DNA of 64,000 nt. Source: Candidatus Uhrbacteria bacterium (GTDB taxonomy: Bacteria > Patescibacteriota > Patescibacteriia > UBA9934 > UBA10169). The translations under genes were made by a program, and so were the position numbers. The notes under the pieces were generated by a model. The model did no database searches, was not told the origin of the DNA, and saw only the letters and a program-made list of their open reading frames with translations. Position 1 is the first letter of the stretch. Each line of letters opens with the position of its first letter. The DNA is taken from positions 71,499 through 135,498 of the forward strand of contig JACPJO010000005.1 in the NCBI GenBank assembly GCA_016187485.1, in the 5' to 3' direction. Positions 28,923 through 38,446 of this stretch are shown one piece after another.

Positions 28923-29633
28923 TTAGGAGGTCGCCTCCGTTTCCCCAAGACCGTTTGATACCGTTGTGAAGTAGTCCATCAGAATTTTTGTGGAGTCGCG
29001 CACAGCATCTTTTGGAGAAATTGTTCCGTCCGTCTCAATCGTCATGATGAGCTTGTCGTAATCCGTGATCTCCCCTACGCGAGTCGCTTCTACGCGATAA
29101 GACACATTGCGGACGGGCGAAAAGAGAGCGTCCACCGCGATGGTGCCCAGATCTTCCCCACCCTTGCGCACTTTTTCCGTTGGCCGGAATCCGCGTCCTT
29201 TTTCCACCGTAATTTCCATTTCCAGCCCTGCTTTTGCCTCCGTCATGGTGCAGAGCACGTGCGCGGGGTTAACGACTTCCACTTCGGCATTCGGCTCGAT
29301 ACTTGCCCCCGTCACTTCTCCTTCTCCTGTCGCGCGCAGCATGAGCTTTACCGGCTCGTCCGTGTGCAAACGCACACGCAGCTGCTTCAAATTCAAAATG
29401 ATCTGGAGCACGTCTTCCTTCACGCCCGGAATCGCTTGGAACTCATGCGTCACGCCCTTAATTTTCACCGCCGTCACCGCAGCCCCGACAAGCGAGGAGA
29501 GAAGAACGCGACGGAGCGCATTGCCTGCAGTCGTTCCATAGCCGTGAAAGCATGGCTCGACAACGAGCTGGGCCTCACGGGGGGTGGCGCCTTCCTCTAC
29601 GCTCACCTTGGTTGGCAAGAGAATATTCTCCAT
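28923..29633 (-). CDS. rpoA: RNA polymerase alpha subunit (N-terminal domain only, 236 aa)
   Basis: EP..GYG.T.GNALRRVLLSS, HEF..IPGVKED, DALFSPV, ETDGTISP; ends before the alpha-CTD. Confidence 0.97.
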   Translation of the reverse strand: MENILLPTKVSVEEGATPREAQLVVEPCFHGYGTTAGNALRRVLLSSLVGAAVTAVKIKGVTHEFQAIPGVKEDVLQIILNLKQLRVRLHTDEPVKLMLRATGEGEVTGASIEPNAEVEVVNPAHVLCTMTEAKAGLEMEITVEKGRGFRPTEKVRKGGEDLGTIAVDALFSPVRNVSYRVEATRVGEITDYDKLIMTIETDGTISPKDAVRDSTKILMDYFTTVSNGLGETEATS

Positions 29634-29637
29634 AAAA

Positions 29638-30255
29638 TTAGCGGGAATAAAATTCCACGATAAGTGTTGGGTCAAAAATTTGCTTGAGGTCTTCGCCCGC
29701 AGGGATAGAGGTTACTTTTCCTGTAGTGCTTGCCGGATCCACATGAAGCCATGAGGGTGTTTTCTGCTTTGCAAGACGCTCAGAGAGCGTGGAGAAGACA
29801 GGCTTTTGGCGCTTGTTCTCTTTGATGGTGACCGTGTCTCCAACACCCGTGTGGTAGGACGGGATGTCAACCTTCTTCCCATTCACCATGAAAAATCCAT
29901 GATTTACCAACTGACGAGCGTGCCGGCGAGAGAGACCGAATCCAAGACGATAAATAACATTGTCAAGGCGCATCTCAAGCGCCTGAACCAAATACTCTGA
30001 CGTATTTCCTTTCTTCCGCGTTGCTTTCTCAAAATAGTTGCGGAACTGGCGCTCCAGAATACCGTATTGACGCTTTGCTTTTTGCTTTTCGCGCAACTGA
30101 ATGCCGTATCCAGAAGAACGCTTTGGACGTGCCTGCACAGCCCCATGCTGGCCCGGACCTCCCGGGCGGCGACGCGCGGCGTTCTTTGGATTATCGTCGA
30201 GCGCCACTCCCTCGCGGCGGCTCATCTTTCCAATGGGTTTGAGAATGCGTGCCAT
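29638..30255 (-). CDS. rpsD: 30S ribosomal protein S4
   Basis: PGQHG, YGIQLREKQK, LEMRLDNVIYRLGF, VEFYSR. Confidence 0.98.
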   Translation of the reverse strand: MARILKPIGKMSRREGVALDDNPKNAARRRPGGPGQHGAVQARPKRSSGYGIQLREKQKAKRQYGILERQFRNYFEKATRKKGNTSEYLVQALEMRLDNVIYRLGFGLSRRHARQLVNHGFFMVNGKKVDIPSYHTGVGDTVTIKENKRQKPVFSTLSERLAKQKTPSWLHVDPASTTGKVTSIPAGEDLKQIFDPTLIVEFYSR

Positions 30256-30260
30256 AAGGT

Positions 30261-30710
30261 TTAGAGACGGCGGGGCCGCGGAGGACGGCAGCCGTTATGC
30301 GGAATAGGGGTCAGATCCTTAATGGAGAGCACGTTAAAACCCTGTGCATTAATACTGCGCACCGCGGAGTCGCGTCCGGAACCTATACCTTTCACGAACA
30401 CGTGTACATCTTTGAGTCCGGTGTCCTTCAGCTTTTCGGCAAGTGTTTTCAAAATAACCGTTGCCGCATAAGGTGTGGATTTCCGCGGCCCCTTGAATCC
30501 ACAGTTCCCAGAGCTCGCCCACGCAAGTGCGTTCCCATTCAAATCGGTAGCCGTCACAATCGTGTTGTTGAAGGTCGCCTGAATATACATATTTCCAACG
30601 CTCACCTGGCGCATGGTTTTCTTGCGCGCCTTTGCTCGTGTAGCAGGCGCGGCCGATTTCGCCTTGCCTTCTTTGATCTCTGCTGGTTGTGCTTGTGTGG
30701 TTTCTGACAT
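30261..30710 (-). CDS. rpsK: 30S ribosomal protein S11
   Basis: ATFNNT, GFKGPRKSTPYAA, TPIPHNGCRPP. Confidence 0.98.
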   Translation of the reverse strand: MSETTQAQPAEIKEGKAKSAAPATRAKARKKTMRQVSVGNMYIQATFNNTIVTATDLNGNALAWASSGNCGFKGPRKSTPYAATVILKTLAEKLKDTGLKDVHVFVKGIGSGRDSAVRSINAQGFNVLSIKDLTPIPHNGCRPPRPRRL

Positions 30711-30715
30711 ACAGA

Positions 30716-31108
30716 TTAAGTCTTGGTAAGCACACGGCGTCCAGATCCGGTAGTCTTACGGACGTTTCCACGCACGGTGCGAGAGTTGGTTCGTGTCCGT
30801 TGTCCGCGAACAGGAAGGTTCTTCCCGTGGCGCGAGCCGCGATAACTGCCGATTTCTCGCAAGCGCTTCACATTGCCGAGTACTTCACGGCGCAATTCCC
30901 CTTCTACACGCAGCTTCTTTTCAATCTGGTCGCGGATTTTCGTCACCTGCACGTCGGTAAGCTCCTTTGTGCGGAGTTTGGCGTCCACGCCCGCTTGCGA
31001 GAGCACACGGCCTGCCGTTGCTCGGCCGACTCCATAGATAGCCGTAAGCGCAATGTGAATGGGCTTTTCGGAAGGAAGACTGACGCCGGCGATACGTGCG
31101 GTTGCCAT
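30716..31108 (-). CDS. rpsM: 30S ribosomal protein S13
   Basis: ARIAGV, YRGSRH, LPVRGQRTRTN. Confidence 0.98.
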   Translation of the reverse strand: MATARIAGVSLPSEKPIHIALTAIYGVGRATAGRVLSQAGVDAKLRTKELTDVQVTKIRDQIEKKLRVEGELRREVLGNVKRLREIGSYRGSRHGKNLPVRGQRTRTNSRTVRGNVRKTTGSGRRVLTKT

Positions 31109-31111
31109 AGG

Positions 31112-31225
31112 TTAGCCCTGACGCTGCTTATGTTTAGGATTCTTACAAATAACAATGACGCGGCCGTTGCGACGGCCGACTTTGCAATCACGACAAATCT
31201 TTTTTACAGAGGCGCGGACTTTCAT
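31112..31225 (-). CDS. rpmJ: 50S ribosomal protein L36 (not in ORF track)
   Basis: Translated by hand: [37 protein letters not shown]. Confidence 0.97.
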   Translation of the reverse strand: MKVRASVKKICRDCKVGRRNGRVIVICKNPKHKQRQG

Positions 31226-31240
31226 GTTCACGTCTTGCCC

Positions 31241-31459
31241 TTAGAAACGATAGACCACGCGACCCTTCGTTAGGTCGTACGGGCTCATTTCAACTTTGAC
31301 CTCATCCCCCGGCAATAGGTGGATGCGGTGCATACGCATTTTTCCCGCCAAGTGACCATGGATCACCTGACCGCTTTCAAGTCGAATCTTGAATTGCGCA
31401 CTTGGTAAAAGCTCCTCCACGACTCCGCGAACCTCAATAAACTGCTTGTTCGAATCCAT
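31241..31459 (-). CDS. infA: Translation initiation factor IF-1
   Basis: IEVRGVVEELLP, GKMR, GDEVKVEMSPYDLTKGRVVYR. Confidence 0.97.
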   Translation of the reverse strand: MDSNKQFIEVRGVVEELLPSAQFKIRLESGQVIHGHLAGKMRMHRIHLLPGDEVKVEMSPYDLTKGRVVYRF

Positions 31460-31527
31460 AGGCTTGCGGAAGTCTATCATTTTAGCCAAAAAATGCAAGA
31501 GAGTTGTGGATAGGGCGAAGTGCCGAT

Positions 31528-31556
31528 AGGTTACGCGTTCTGTTTTCTGCTGTCAA
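31528..31556 (-). promoter_or_regulatory. Promoter of the infA-rpsI operon
   Basis: TTGACA-17-TAACCT; the -35 contains the alaS TGA. Confidence 0.6.
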
Positions 31557-33325
31557 GCACTCAAAATTGCCTTGATACGGCGAACGCCAGCCGAAACAGC
31601 CTCCTCCTTTAAGATACGGAAATGCCCTAATTCTTTTGTGTTCTCCACATGCGGTCCGCCACAAACTTCTTTAGAGAAATGTCCGGCCTCCTCACTTCCA
31701 ACAAAGTAAACTTTCAGCTTCTCGCCAATCTGTGCGTATTTATCCTCGAACAGCCCAATAGCTCCTCTCGCTTTTGCTTCCTCAAATGTAAGCATTTCAA
31801 AACGGACCGGGAGAGTCTTTTCTATGTGCTCATTAACGATTTCTTCGACACGCTGTTTTTCTTCCTCGGTCATTTTTTGCGGGTGCGAGAAGTCAAAACG
31901 AAGTCGCTCTTGGGTAATATTAGACCCACGCTGCTCTACATGATCTCCAAGAACAGTACGCAAGGCCTGATGGAGCAGGTGCGTTGCAGTATGCAGACGC
32001 TTGGATTCCTCCGAATGATCAGCTAGTCCACCAGTAAATTTTTGCTCCGATCCCGCACGGGAGAGGTCTTGGTGTTTACGAAACTCGGCCTCGAAGGTGG
32101 CACGATCGATCGTCTGTCCCCTCTCACGGGCAAGCTCCTCTGTAAGCTCCAAAGGAAACCCAAAGGTCGTGTAGAGAGTGAAAGCATCCTCCCCGCTGAC
32201 AAATTCTTTTGCGGAGAAGATTCGTTCAAACTCTTTGAGACCTTTTTGAAGTGTTCCAGAAAACTTTTTTCCTTCCTGCTCAACAACCCCAACAATATGC
32301 TCAGCTTTTTCGACAAGCATCGGGTAGGGTTCCTTAAGCGTATCAATAATAGCGTCAAGGATTTCGCGAACTTCTGCAGGAGCGTGTGCAAGACGCGAGA
32401 TTTCACGAATAGACCGACGAATGAGGCGTCGTAGGATGTATCCTTGATCTTTGTTCGAAGGTTCAACACCATCGGCAACGATCATCACCGCCGCACGTAG
32501 GTGGTCAGCAATGATGCGCAAAGAGCGCAGATGGCCTTTGGCACGTGCGGCTGTTACGCGCTCGATAGTTTTCAAGATGGGAGCAAAAAGCTCTGTTTCG
32601 TAGACACTTGTGTGCCCGTTAAGAACCGCAAGGGTGCGCTCAAAACCCATGCCGGTGTCTACATTGGGTTTTGCGAGAAGCTCAAAGCGTCCGTCGGCTG
32701 TTTTGTTGTACTGCATGAATACGTCATTCCAAATCTCCACCCAGTGTTTGTCGCTTGAGTCAAAAGTGGCTGGTGCCGTCTCGGCGCCCGTCCAATAAAA
32801 CATCTCGGTGTCTGGTCCGCAGGGTCCCGTTTGTCCTGCCGGCCCCCACCAATTATCTTTCCGTCCAAGATAAGCGATACGCTCCACCGGCACACCAAAC
32901 GACTTCCATAGCCCGGCCGATTCTTCGTCGCGCGGGATTCCCTCTTCACCGGCAAAGACACTCACGGCAAGTTTTTCAAGCGGAATGCCGAGCTCCTTCG
33001 TGAGAAAAGTAAAGCTCCACTCAATAGCTTCACGTTTGAAATAATCTCCAAGAGACCAGTTGCCAAGCATCTCAAAAAACGTGAGGTGCGTGCTATCTCC
33101 CACCTCGTCAATATCGCCCGTGCGCACGCATTTTTGTACATCCACAAGACGCTTGCCGGCAGGATGAGGCTCGCCCAAAAGATACGGCACCAGCGGGTGC
33201 ATACCGGCCGTCGTAAACAGCACGGTGGGATCATTCTCTGGGATAAGGGAAGCCGAGGGGATACGTTTGTGGCCCTTAGATTCAAAGAAAGAAATGTATT
33301 TCTCTCGAAGTTCCTGCGCTGTCAT
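31553..33325 (-). CDS. alaS: Alanine--tRNA ligase (short form without C-Ala domain)
   Basis: DPTVLFTTAGM, FFEMLGNWS.GDYFK, DTGMG.ER, editing motifs HTATHLLH and CGGPH. Confidence 0.97.
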   Translation of the reverse strand: MTAQELREKYISFFESKGHKRIPSASLIPENDPTVLFTTAGMHPLVPYLLGEPHPAGKRLVDVQKCVRTGDIDEVGDSTHLTFFEMLGNWSLGDYFKREAIEWSFTFLTKELGIPLEKLAVSVFAGEEGIPRDEESAGLWKSFGVPVERIAYLGRKDNWWGPAGQTGPCGPDTEMFYWTGAETAPATFDSSDKHWVEIWNDVFMQYNKTADGRFELLAKPNVDTGMGFERTLAVLNGHTSVYETELFAPILKTIERVTAARAKGHLRSLRIIADHLRAAVMIVADGVEPSNKDQGYILRRLIRRSIREISRLAHAPAEVREILDAIIDTLKEPYPMLVEKAEHIVGVVEQEGKKFSGTLQKGLKEFERIFSAKEFVSGEDAFTLYTTFGFPLELTEELARERGQTIDRATFEAEFRKHQDLSRAGSEQKFTGGLADHSEESKRLHTATHLLHQALRTVLGDHVEQRGSNITQERLRFDFSHPQKMTEEEKQRVEEIVNEHIEKTLPVRFEMLTFEEAKARGAIGLFEDKYAQIGEKLKVYFVGSEEAGHFSKEVCGGPHVENTKELGHFRILKEEAVSAGVRRIKAILSA

Positions 33326-33365
33326 AATAAGGGGCAGTTTATCATCTTGCGGACATTTAACAAGA

Positions 33366-33387
33366 CGAAACCACCCTGTGGGGTGGT
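33366..33387 (-). terminator. Terminator-like hairpin
   Basis: ACCACCC-caca-GGGTGGT followed by TTCG on minus strand. Confidence 0.55.
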
Positions 33388-33413
33388 AAAAGAAAGGGTG
33401 AGCTGCTCCTTGC

Positions 33414-34022
33414 CTATTCGTAGGCAAGGACGAGTTCAATCAGGGAACGTTCTGCTCTTGTCGGAAACGTCATCTGCTTGAAGATGCCTGTGACGCACTC
33501 CTCGACCGTTGGCGTTGTGGACACGCTCGTCTCCACGTTGGCGCCGTCTACACTACCGTCTACCCTGATGCGCAGATATATGATGAGACGGACGAATCCG
33601 CTCACCCTGTCGACAACCGGATCGAAGGCGAAGCAGGCCGTCAGTTTTTTCTCGGCCTTATCCACAACCTGGTAGAACGGATCTGCGGTTCTCGGATCGC
33701 CCGAGAGAAGATTGGGAACGAGAGGGCCGATTCCGATCGTGTTCCCAATGATCAGCTGCCTGCTCCTTGCCGTCGGCGGTGCCTCACGCTTCTTGAGCTC
33801 GATGACGATCTCCTCCATCCGGGAGCGGATCACCGCAGCCTTGTCGATGAGCGCGTCGTGCTCGCTCTTCAGTCGGAAGAACTCTGCCGCCAGGTCCTCG
33901 GTTGCGGCCTGCCAGAGAGGGACGACGATGGGGTTTCCGGCCTCCCCGCTCACTGCCGGCAGCGGCAGGGAGAGCGTGACAAGAAAGAGGAAGACAGCGG
34001 AAAAAAGCGCGGTTTTTTGCAT
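33414..34022 (-). CDS. Exported protein with coiled coil and AgmX/PglI (TonB-C-like) C-terminal domain
   Basis: Signal peptide; 'LTACF...G...I..DGSV..A.V..S....VEECV......FP' pattern; GC-rich. Confidence 0.7.
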   Translation of the reverse strand: MQKTALFSAVFLFLVTLSLPLPAVSGEAGNPIVVPLWQAATEDLAAEFFRLKSEHDALIDKAAVIRSRMEEIVIELKKREAPPTARSRQLIIGNTIGIGPLVPNLLSGDPRTADPFYQVVDKAEKKLTACFAFDPVVDRVSGFVRLIIYLRIRVDGSVDGANVETSVSTTPTVEECVTGIFKQMTFPTRAERSLIELVLAYE

Positions 34023-34046
34023 GACGTATTCCCTTCTTTCTTCACC

Positions 34047-35672
34047 CTACAAAACTTGCTCGTTATTGGCAACAGGCAGGGCCTCGGCGGGGCGGAAGCG
34101 ACGGAAAAGATGGCGATGAACGAGGGCACGGAGTTCGCCAAACTCTTCGACATGAAATAGGGAGGAAAGCGAGAGATAGATAGCGGTGCCGATGCTTCCA
34201 ACGACGGCTGTTTGAAGAAAGACGCCGGCAAAAGTGTCCAGGGGCGCGAACCAGACGGTGAGCGGTTTTGAAACTTGCATACCGATGGCCATAAAAAGCC
34301 CTGCGACAGTCATCTTGAGAAGGCTCCGGAGAAGTTTAGATTCATGAATGGCACCAACTTTTACACGCAGCATTGCCCAAAGCAAGATAAGCTCCACCAC
34401 TTGCGCCAGCGAGAAAGCAATACCGAGACCGACAATACCCAGCATCTCTGTAAGGCGGCCGGCGCTCAAAAGGAGTACCAGCGTGGAGAGTGCACCAGCC
34501 ACAAGCGGAGTGACAGAATCACGATAGGCAAAAAATGCGCGGATGAAAAGAAGATTGAGTGCTTGCGCAAAAAGGCTCATAACTAAGAAGGCAAGCGTGT
34601 CAGCGACCAGAAGCGTCTCCTCCCAGCCGAATGTTCCCGCGCCAAGTACGAGACGCACCGTTTGCGCACGCAAGAGCAGAAGGAAGAGCGTGGCAGGAAT
34701 AATGAGATAGAGAATCTGGCGCACCGCTTCAGACATTATATCGGCAAAGCGAGATGTGTCCCCCTCCACTCCCGCACGGCTAAGAAGCGGGAAGGCAGAA
34801 ATGGCAAAACTCACGGCAAGAATGCCGACCGGAAGCGAGGTAAGGTTGTAGGCAAATTGAAAGACCGTCACACTGCCCGCGGCAAGTGCCGAGGCGAGAA
34901 CGCCAAGAATGATGAACTGGATCTGTGACATGCCAATGCCGAGTACACGTGGCCCAAACAAGAGAAGCGCTGAAGACACGTCGGCGTGAAACCACGGTTT
35001 TGGCCAATGAGGGCGATACCCCATTTTCCACGATCCCCACACGGGAATCGCCATATGGAGAAAGGCGCCAAGCACTACACCCCATGCGAGACCAATAGCA
35101 CCCACAGCGGGGACAAAAAACACGGCTCCAAGAATAATACCGATGTTGTAGAGAACGGGGGAAAGCGCAAACAGGGCGAATCGCTGCGTCGCCTGAAGAA
35201 CGTTGCTGAAGACAGAGGAGACGGCGATGAGTCCTTCCGCGAGAAAGAGCACGCGCATAAAGAACGCCACGTGCTGCTGCTTGTCAGACGAAAAACCTGG
35301 TGCAACAAGCTCTGCGAGGAGAGGAGCAAAGAGAATGCCCAGGAGCGCACCGGCGCCGAAAAGTACCCCAAGCCCAATGAGCATGCGATTTGTGAACGCC
35401 CATCCTTCGTCTGCCACTCCATCAGAGCGGAGATGACGGACGAAGAGCGGAATGAAGCTTGCGGAGAGCGCACCCGTGATCAGCAGAGCAAAAAGAAGGT
35501 CGGGAATGCGAAATGCCGCATAGTAAACATCGAGCGTATCTCCGGCCCCGAATGTCCCTGCCAGGACACGATCGCGCCATAGTCCAAATAGACGACTTAC
35601 AAAGGAAAAAAAACCTAGAACAAGCGCTCCACCAGCCAAACTTTCTATAGGCTTTTGGAACCAACTAAGCAT
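34047..35672 (-). CDS. murJ: Lipid II flippase MurJ
   Basis: SRLFGLWRD, YYAAFRIPD, GALSASFIP, multi-TM. Confidence 0.93.
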   Translation of the reverse strand: MLSWFQKPIESLAGGALVLGFFSFVSRLFGLWRDRVLAGTFGAGDTLDVYYAAFRIPDLLFALLITGALSASFIPLFVRHLRSDGVADEGWAFTNRMLIGLGVLFGAGALLGILFAPLLAELVAPGFSSDKQQHVAFFMRVLFLAEGLIAVSSVFSNVLQATQRFALFALSPVLYNIGIILGAVFFVPAVGAIGLAWGVVLGAFLHMAIPVWGSWKMGYRPHWPKPWFHADVSSALLLFGPRVLGIGMSQIQFIILGVLASALAAGSVTVFQFAYNLTSLPVGILAVSFAISAFPLLSRAGVEGDTSRFADIMSEAVRQILYLIIPATLFLLLLRAQTVRLVLGAGTFGWEETLLVADTLAFLVMSLFAQALNLLFIRAFFAYRDSVTPLVAGALSTLVLLLSAGRLTEMLGIVGLGIAFSLAQVVELILLWAMLRVKVGAIHESKLLRSLLKMTVAGLFMAIGMQVSKPLTVWFAPLDTFAGVFLQTAVVGSIGTAIYLSLSSLFHVEEFGELRALVHRHLFRRFRPAEALPVANNEQVL

Positions 35673-36903
35673 GCGGTGGCTCTATCTTCTTACGTGGCCG
35701 TTTTGACGCAGGGGCCACTCCCGTACTCGTGGGCGCACTCCGATACGCAGCCACAAGTCCCAACACAATAGCAAGACCAAGAACAATCAACAGCATGCGT
35801 ACGGTGCCGTTCTCTAAGTCGAAGAATGGTACGAAAATCTCCACTTGGTCTTCTACAACGTCACCCTCGGGCGACGTCATCTTCAGCGTGACAAGATACT
35901 CTCCTGACTCAGCATATGTGTGTACAACTTCGCGTCGGCGTGACGTTGTATCGTCTCCAAAATCCCAATTGTATGCATATCCTTCGTCGCGGCTTGGGGC
36001 AACGGCGTAGAAGTTGTACGTAGACCAGCGCACCTGTTCAAAGGAAAACTTTGTATCCTGTGACGATCCGCGGGTTGCTTCAGATTCCTCTTGAGCAGTC
36101 GTCTCGTCACTCTCTTCTGCCAAAGATGCCTCCGTGTCTCCCGTGACTTCTACCGCCTGCTCCTCTCCTGGTGCAGGAGGAGATGACAGAGCGGGAGCCG
36201 CGTCCGCGCTCGTGGGCGGCGTGGTTGTCGTTGTCTTTGCGGGAGATTGTGCTGGCGCGGGAGGTACAGGAGCAGGCTTTGGGGCCGGTGGCGGTTCCCC
36301 AAGCGGCGTTGTGTCAACCGCGTCGGATTTTCCATCGTCGTCGGTATCGACATCACGCGGGTCGGTTCCCTTCATGGCCTCCTGTTCGTTGGAAAGTCCG
36401 TCGCCGTCAATATCCGCGTCGCAAGCATCTCCATCCGTATCTGTGTCCATGTTTTTTTGGTCTGCATTCGTTGCTGCCGGGCAGTTATCATTTTGATCCA
36501 GCACCCCGTCACGGTCTTTGTCCGGAACGGGAGTCGCAAGCGCCGTGATGACGACATTATCATTCTTGTTCGTGTCCGGCGGATCTACGTTCGTCACCTC
36601 CACGCGGACATTAAACGTCCCCTCCGGAATAAGAAGATCCACAAACACCTCCTCCTTCACGCCACCGGCACGAAGCGAGATCACCTGCGGAGTTCCGCTG
36701 ATCGCCGTCCCGATATAAAAACTCACATCCCCCGTGACATCCACATCGCCGGTGTTTCTCAGTGTCGCATAGACACGCACGGTGTCCCCCACGTACAGAA
36801 TGTCTTTTGAAAAAGTCACCTCCGGGAGGATCTGCACTTCCGCCGCGGCGTGCGCAAAAAAAGGAAAGGCAAGAAACAGGACGGTAAGAACGGGTATGCG
36901 CAT
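35665..36903 (-). CDS. Surface protein: CARDB/Ig-like domain, TSP3-type Ca-binding repeats, PKD domain, C-terminal TM anchor
   Basis: D.D.DGV.D..DNCP, DGDACD.D.DGDG, YNWDFGD..HTY..GEYLVTL. Confidence 0.85.
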   Translation of the reverse strand: MRIPVLTVLFLAFPFFAHAAAEVQILPEVTFSKDILYVGDTVRVYATLRNTGDVDVTGDVSFYIGTAISGTPQVISLRAGGVKEEVFVDLLIPEGTFNVRVEVTNVDPPDTNKNDNVVITALATPVPDKDRDGVLDQNDNCPAATNADQKNMDTDTDGDACDADIDGDGLSNEQEAMKGTDPRDVDTDDDGKSDAVDTTPLGEPPPAPKPAPVPPAPAQSPAKTTTTTPPTSADAAPALSSPPAPGEEQAVEVTGDTEASLAEESDETTAQEESEATRGSSQDTKFSFEQVRWSTYNFYAVAPSRDEGYAYNWDFGDDTTSRRREVVHTYAESGEYLVTLKMTSPEGDVVEDQVEIFVPFFDLENGTVRMLLIVLGLAIVLGLVAAYRSAPTSTGVAPASKRPRKKIEPPHA

Positions 36904-36927
36904 ATAGGCACAAGGATACCTGGCGAG

Positions 36928-37518
36928 TTAGGTATGAACAAGTTGAATGTGGACACCGGGAGAGAGCCATGCCCCAGGAGCTGAACCCAGCATAACGTGA
37001 AAGACGCTTTGATAAGAGGGATGGATGCGCACAAGGACGTTGTCAAATGTCTCGCGTGGATCATGCGCAAGGCAGACGCGTACGCGCTGGCCATTTTGTA
37101 CATGAAAATCTTCCGCGTCGTTTGGCGAGAGGTGAAGGTGCGGAAGTGGAATCAGTACACCCTGCGTGAGATCTATGGCACCTGCCGGTCCTTGCAAGCG
37201 GACAGACGGAGATTTCCTTGTGTCACCGGAATCACGATCGGGAATTTCAAGACCAAGCACACGTGCATCCCCAAGAGAAAGTTCCAGCTGGGTTTCTTCC
37301 CACGCGGGACCGATGATCGTCACATGTGCCAACATACCGCTCGGACCTGCCACCCGCACATCTTCACGATACACAAACTGTCCGTCAAGATACGGACGCG
37401 GACGCAGAAAAGAGAAGGCGTGCGTTTCCCCAAATAAAAGTCGGCCGTGCCGCTCGCTCAAGTGCACATGCGGGGTCTGAGCTTCAACGGGAATGCTCTG
37501 GTGCAACAGTGTGCCCAT
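36928..37518 (-). CDS. PduL-like phosphate acyltransferase (divergent)
   Basis: HVHLS, TQLELS..DA..LG, R.SGD..SP, GV....H.HLSP. Confidence 0.75.
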   Translation of the reverse strand: MGTLLHQSIPVEAQTPHVHLSERHGRLLFGETHAFSFLRPRPYLDGQFVYREDVRVAGPSGMLAHVTIIGPAWEETQLELSLGDARVLGLEIPDRDSGDTRKSPSVRLQGPAGAIDLTQGVLIPLPHLHLSPNDAEDFHVQNGQRVRVCLAHDPRETFDNVLVRIHPSYQSVFHVMLGSAPGAWLSPGVHIQLVHT

Positions 37519-38425
37519 ACGGACGGTGCTGGAATAAATAAAACAAGCAGAAGGTTGTGAAAAAGGAAATGATAAGAAGCAGGGCGACGACAAGCGGGTG
37601 CTGGATGAAGGGAAGCCACGGCACATTCATGCCGTAAAGCCCCGCAACAAGGGTTGGGGGCATGAATGCGGCCGCGATAGCCGTAAAAATACTCATAACT
37701 TCATTTGTGCGGTGCGTAAGAAGAGCTTCGTTGACCTCGAAGAGGCCGTCAATGATTTGCTTAATATTATCCGACGCCGCCCACATGGAGTCGAGAATGT
37801 CACGTACGTCATCAAAGTACACATGCGCCTCCGGCGGTAGGTATTCGCGTTCCATCGTAATCATATTCCCCAGCATCACGCGCTCTGGGTCCAAGCTTGT
37901 GCGCAAAAAAAGAACGTTGCGACGAATGCGCGCCAGCTCCAGCGTTGTCGCGCGGTCCCGCTCGTTGTACACGCCATCCTCCACCTTTGTGACGTGTGTC
38001 ATCAGCTCCTCCACAACGTCATGCGACTGCGTAAAGAGTACGCGCAAAATGCGGTAGAGAAGATAGGCAGGATCACGACCCATCACGTCCGCGCGAAATT
38101 TCGGATTGCGAGAGGCGCGTAGGAAAAAGCGCTCCAGAGCATCGAATGGCCGCTTTGTGACAGTGACCAAGTATTCTGACCCGAGAAAAATCTCGATGTC
38201 GTCCGTGATGATCCGCCCCCCGTCCGAAAAGCGTGGAATATGAAACACGGCAAACAAGTAATGTTTGTAGACATCGAGTTTTGGAATAGAGTTTGTTTGC
38301 GCAAGATCTTCAAAGTCGAGAACGTGAAATTGAAACTGTGTACGCAAAAATTCCACATCGGCTGAATCAAGTCCGTTGATGTGGTGCCAGATGAACTTCC
38401 TCCCTTTCACGTTGTTCTGACTCAT
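37484..38425 (-). CDS. CorA family Mg2+ transporter
   Basis: PKLD.Y, TNEVM, GLYGMN.LP signature. Confidence 0.92.
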   Translation of the reverse strand: MSQNNVKGRKFIWHHINGLDSADVEFLRTQFQFHVLDFEDLAQTNSIPKLDVYKHYLFAVFHIPRFSDGGRIITDDIEIFLGSEYLVTVTKRPFDALERFFLRASRNPKFRADVMGRDPAYLLYRILRVLFTQSHDVVEELMTHVTKVEDGVYNERDRATTLELARIRRNVLFLRTSLDPERVMLGNMITMEREYLPPEAHVYFDDVRDILDSMWAASDNIKQIIDGLFEVNEALLTHRTNEVMSIFTAIAAAFMPPTLVAGLYGMNVPWLPFIQHPLVVALLLIISFFTTFCLFYLFQHRPYGHTVAPEHSR

Positions 38426-38446
38426 GGGTGATAGTGTACCAAATTC

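Noticed and set aside
31505-31513. DnaA box-like TGTGGATAG upstream of infA
   Set aside because: A single 8/9 match with no cluster or AT-rich unwinding element; compatible with chance.
31553-33325. Short AlaRS as a pseudogene
   Set aside because: Catalytic and editing motifs are intact in one frame; C-Ala-less forms occur in reduced genomes.
36134-36550. Asp-rich and Pro/Thr-rich low-complexity DNA as a repeat array
   Set aside because: Explained by TSP3-type protein repeats and a linker in the surface protein.
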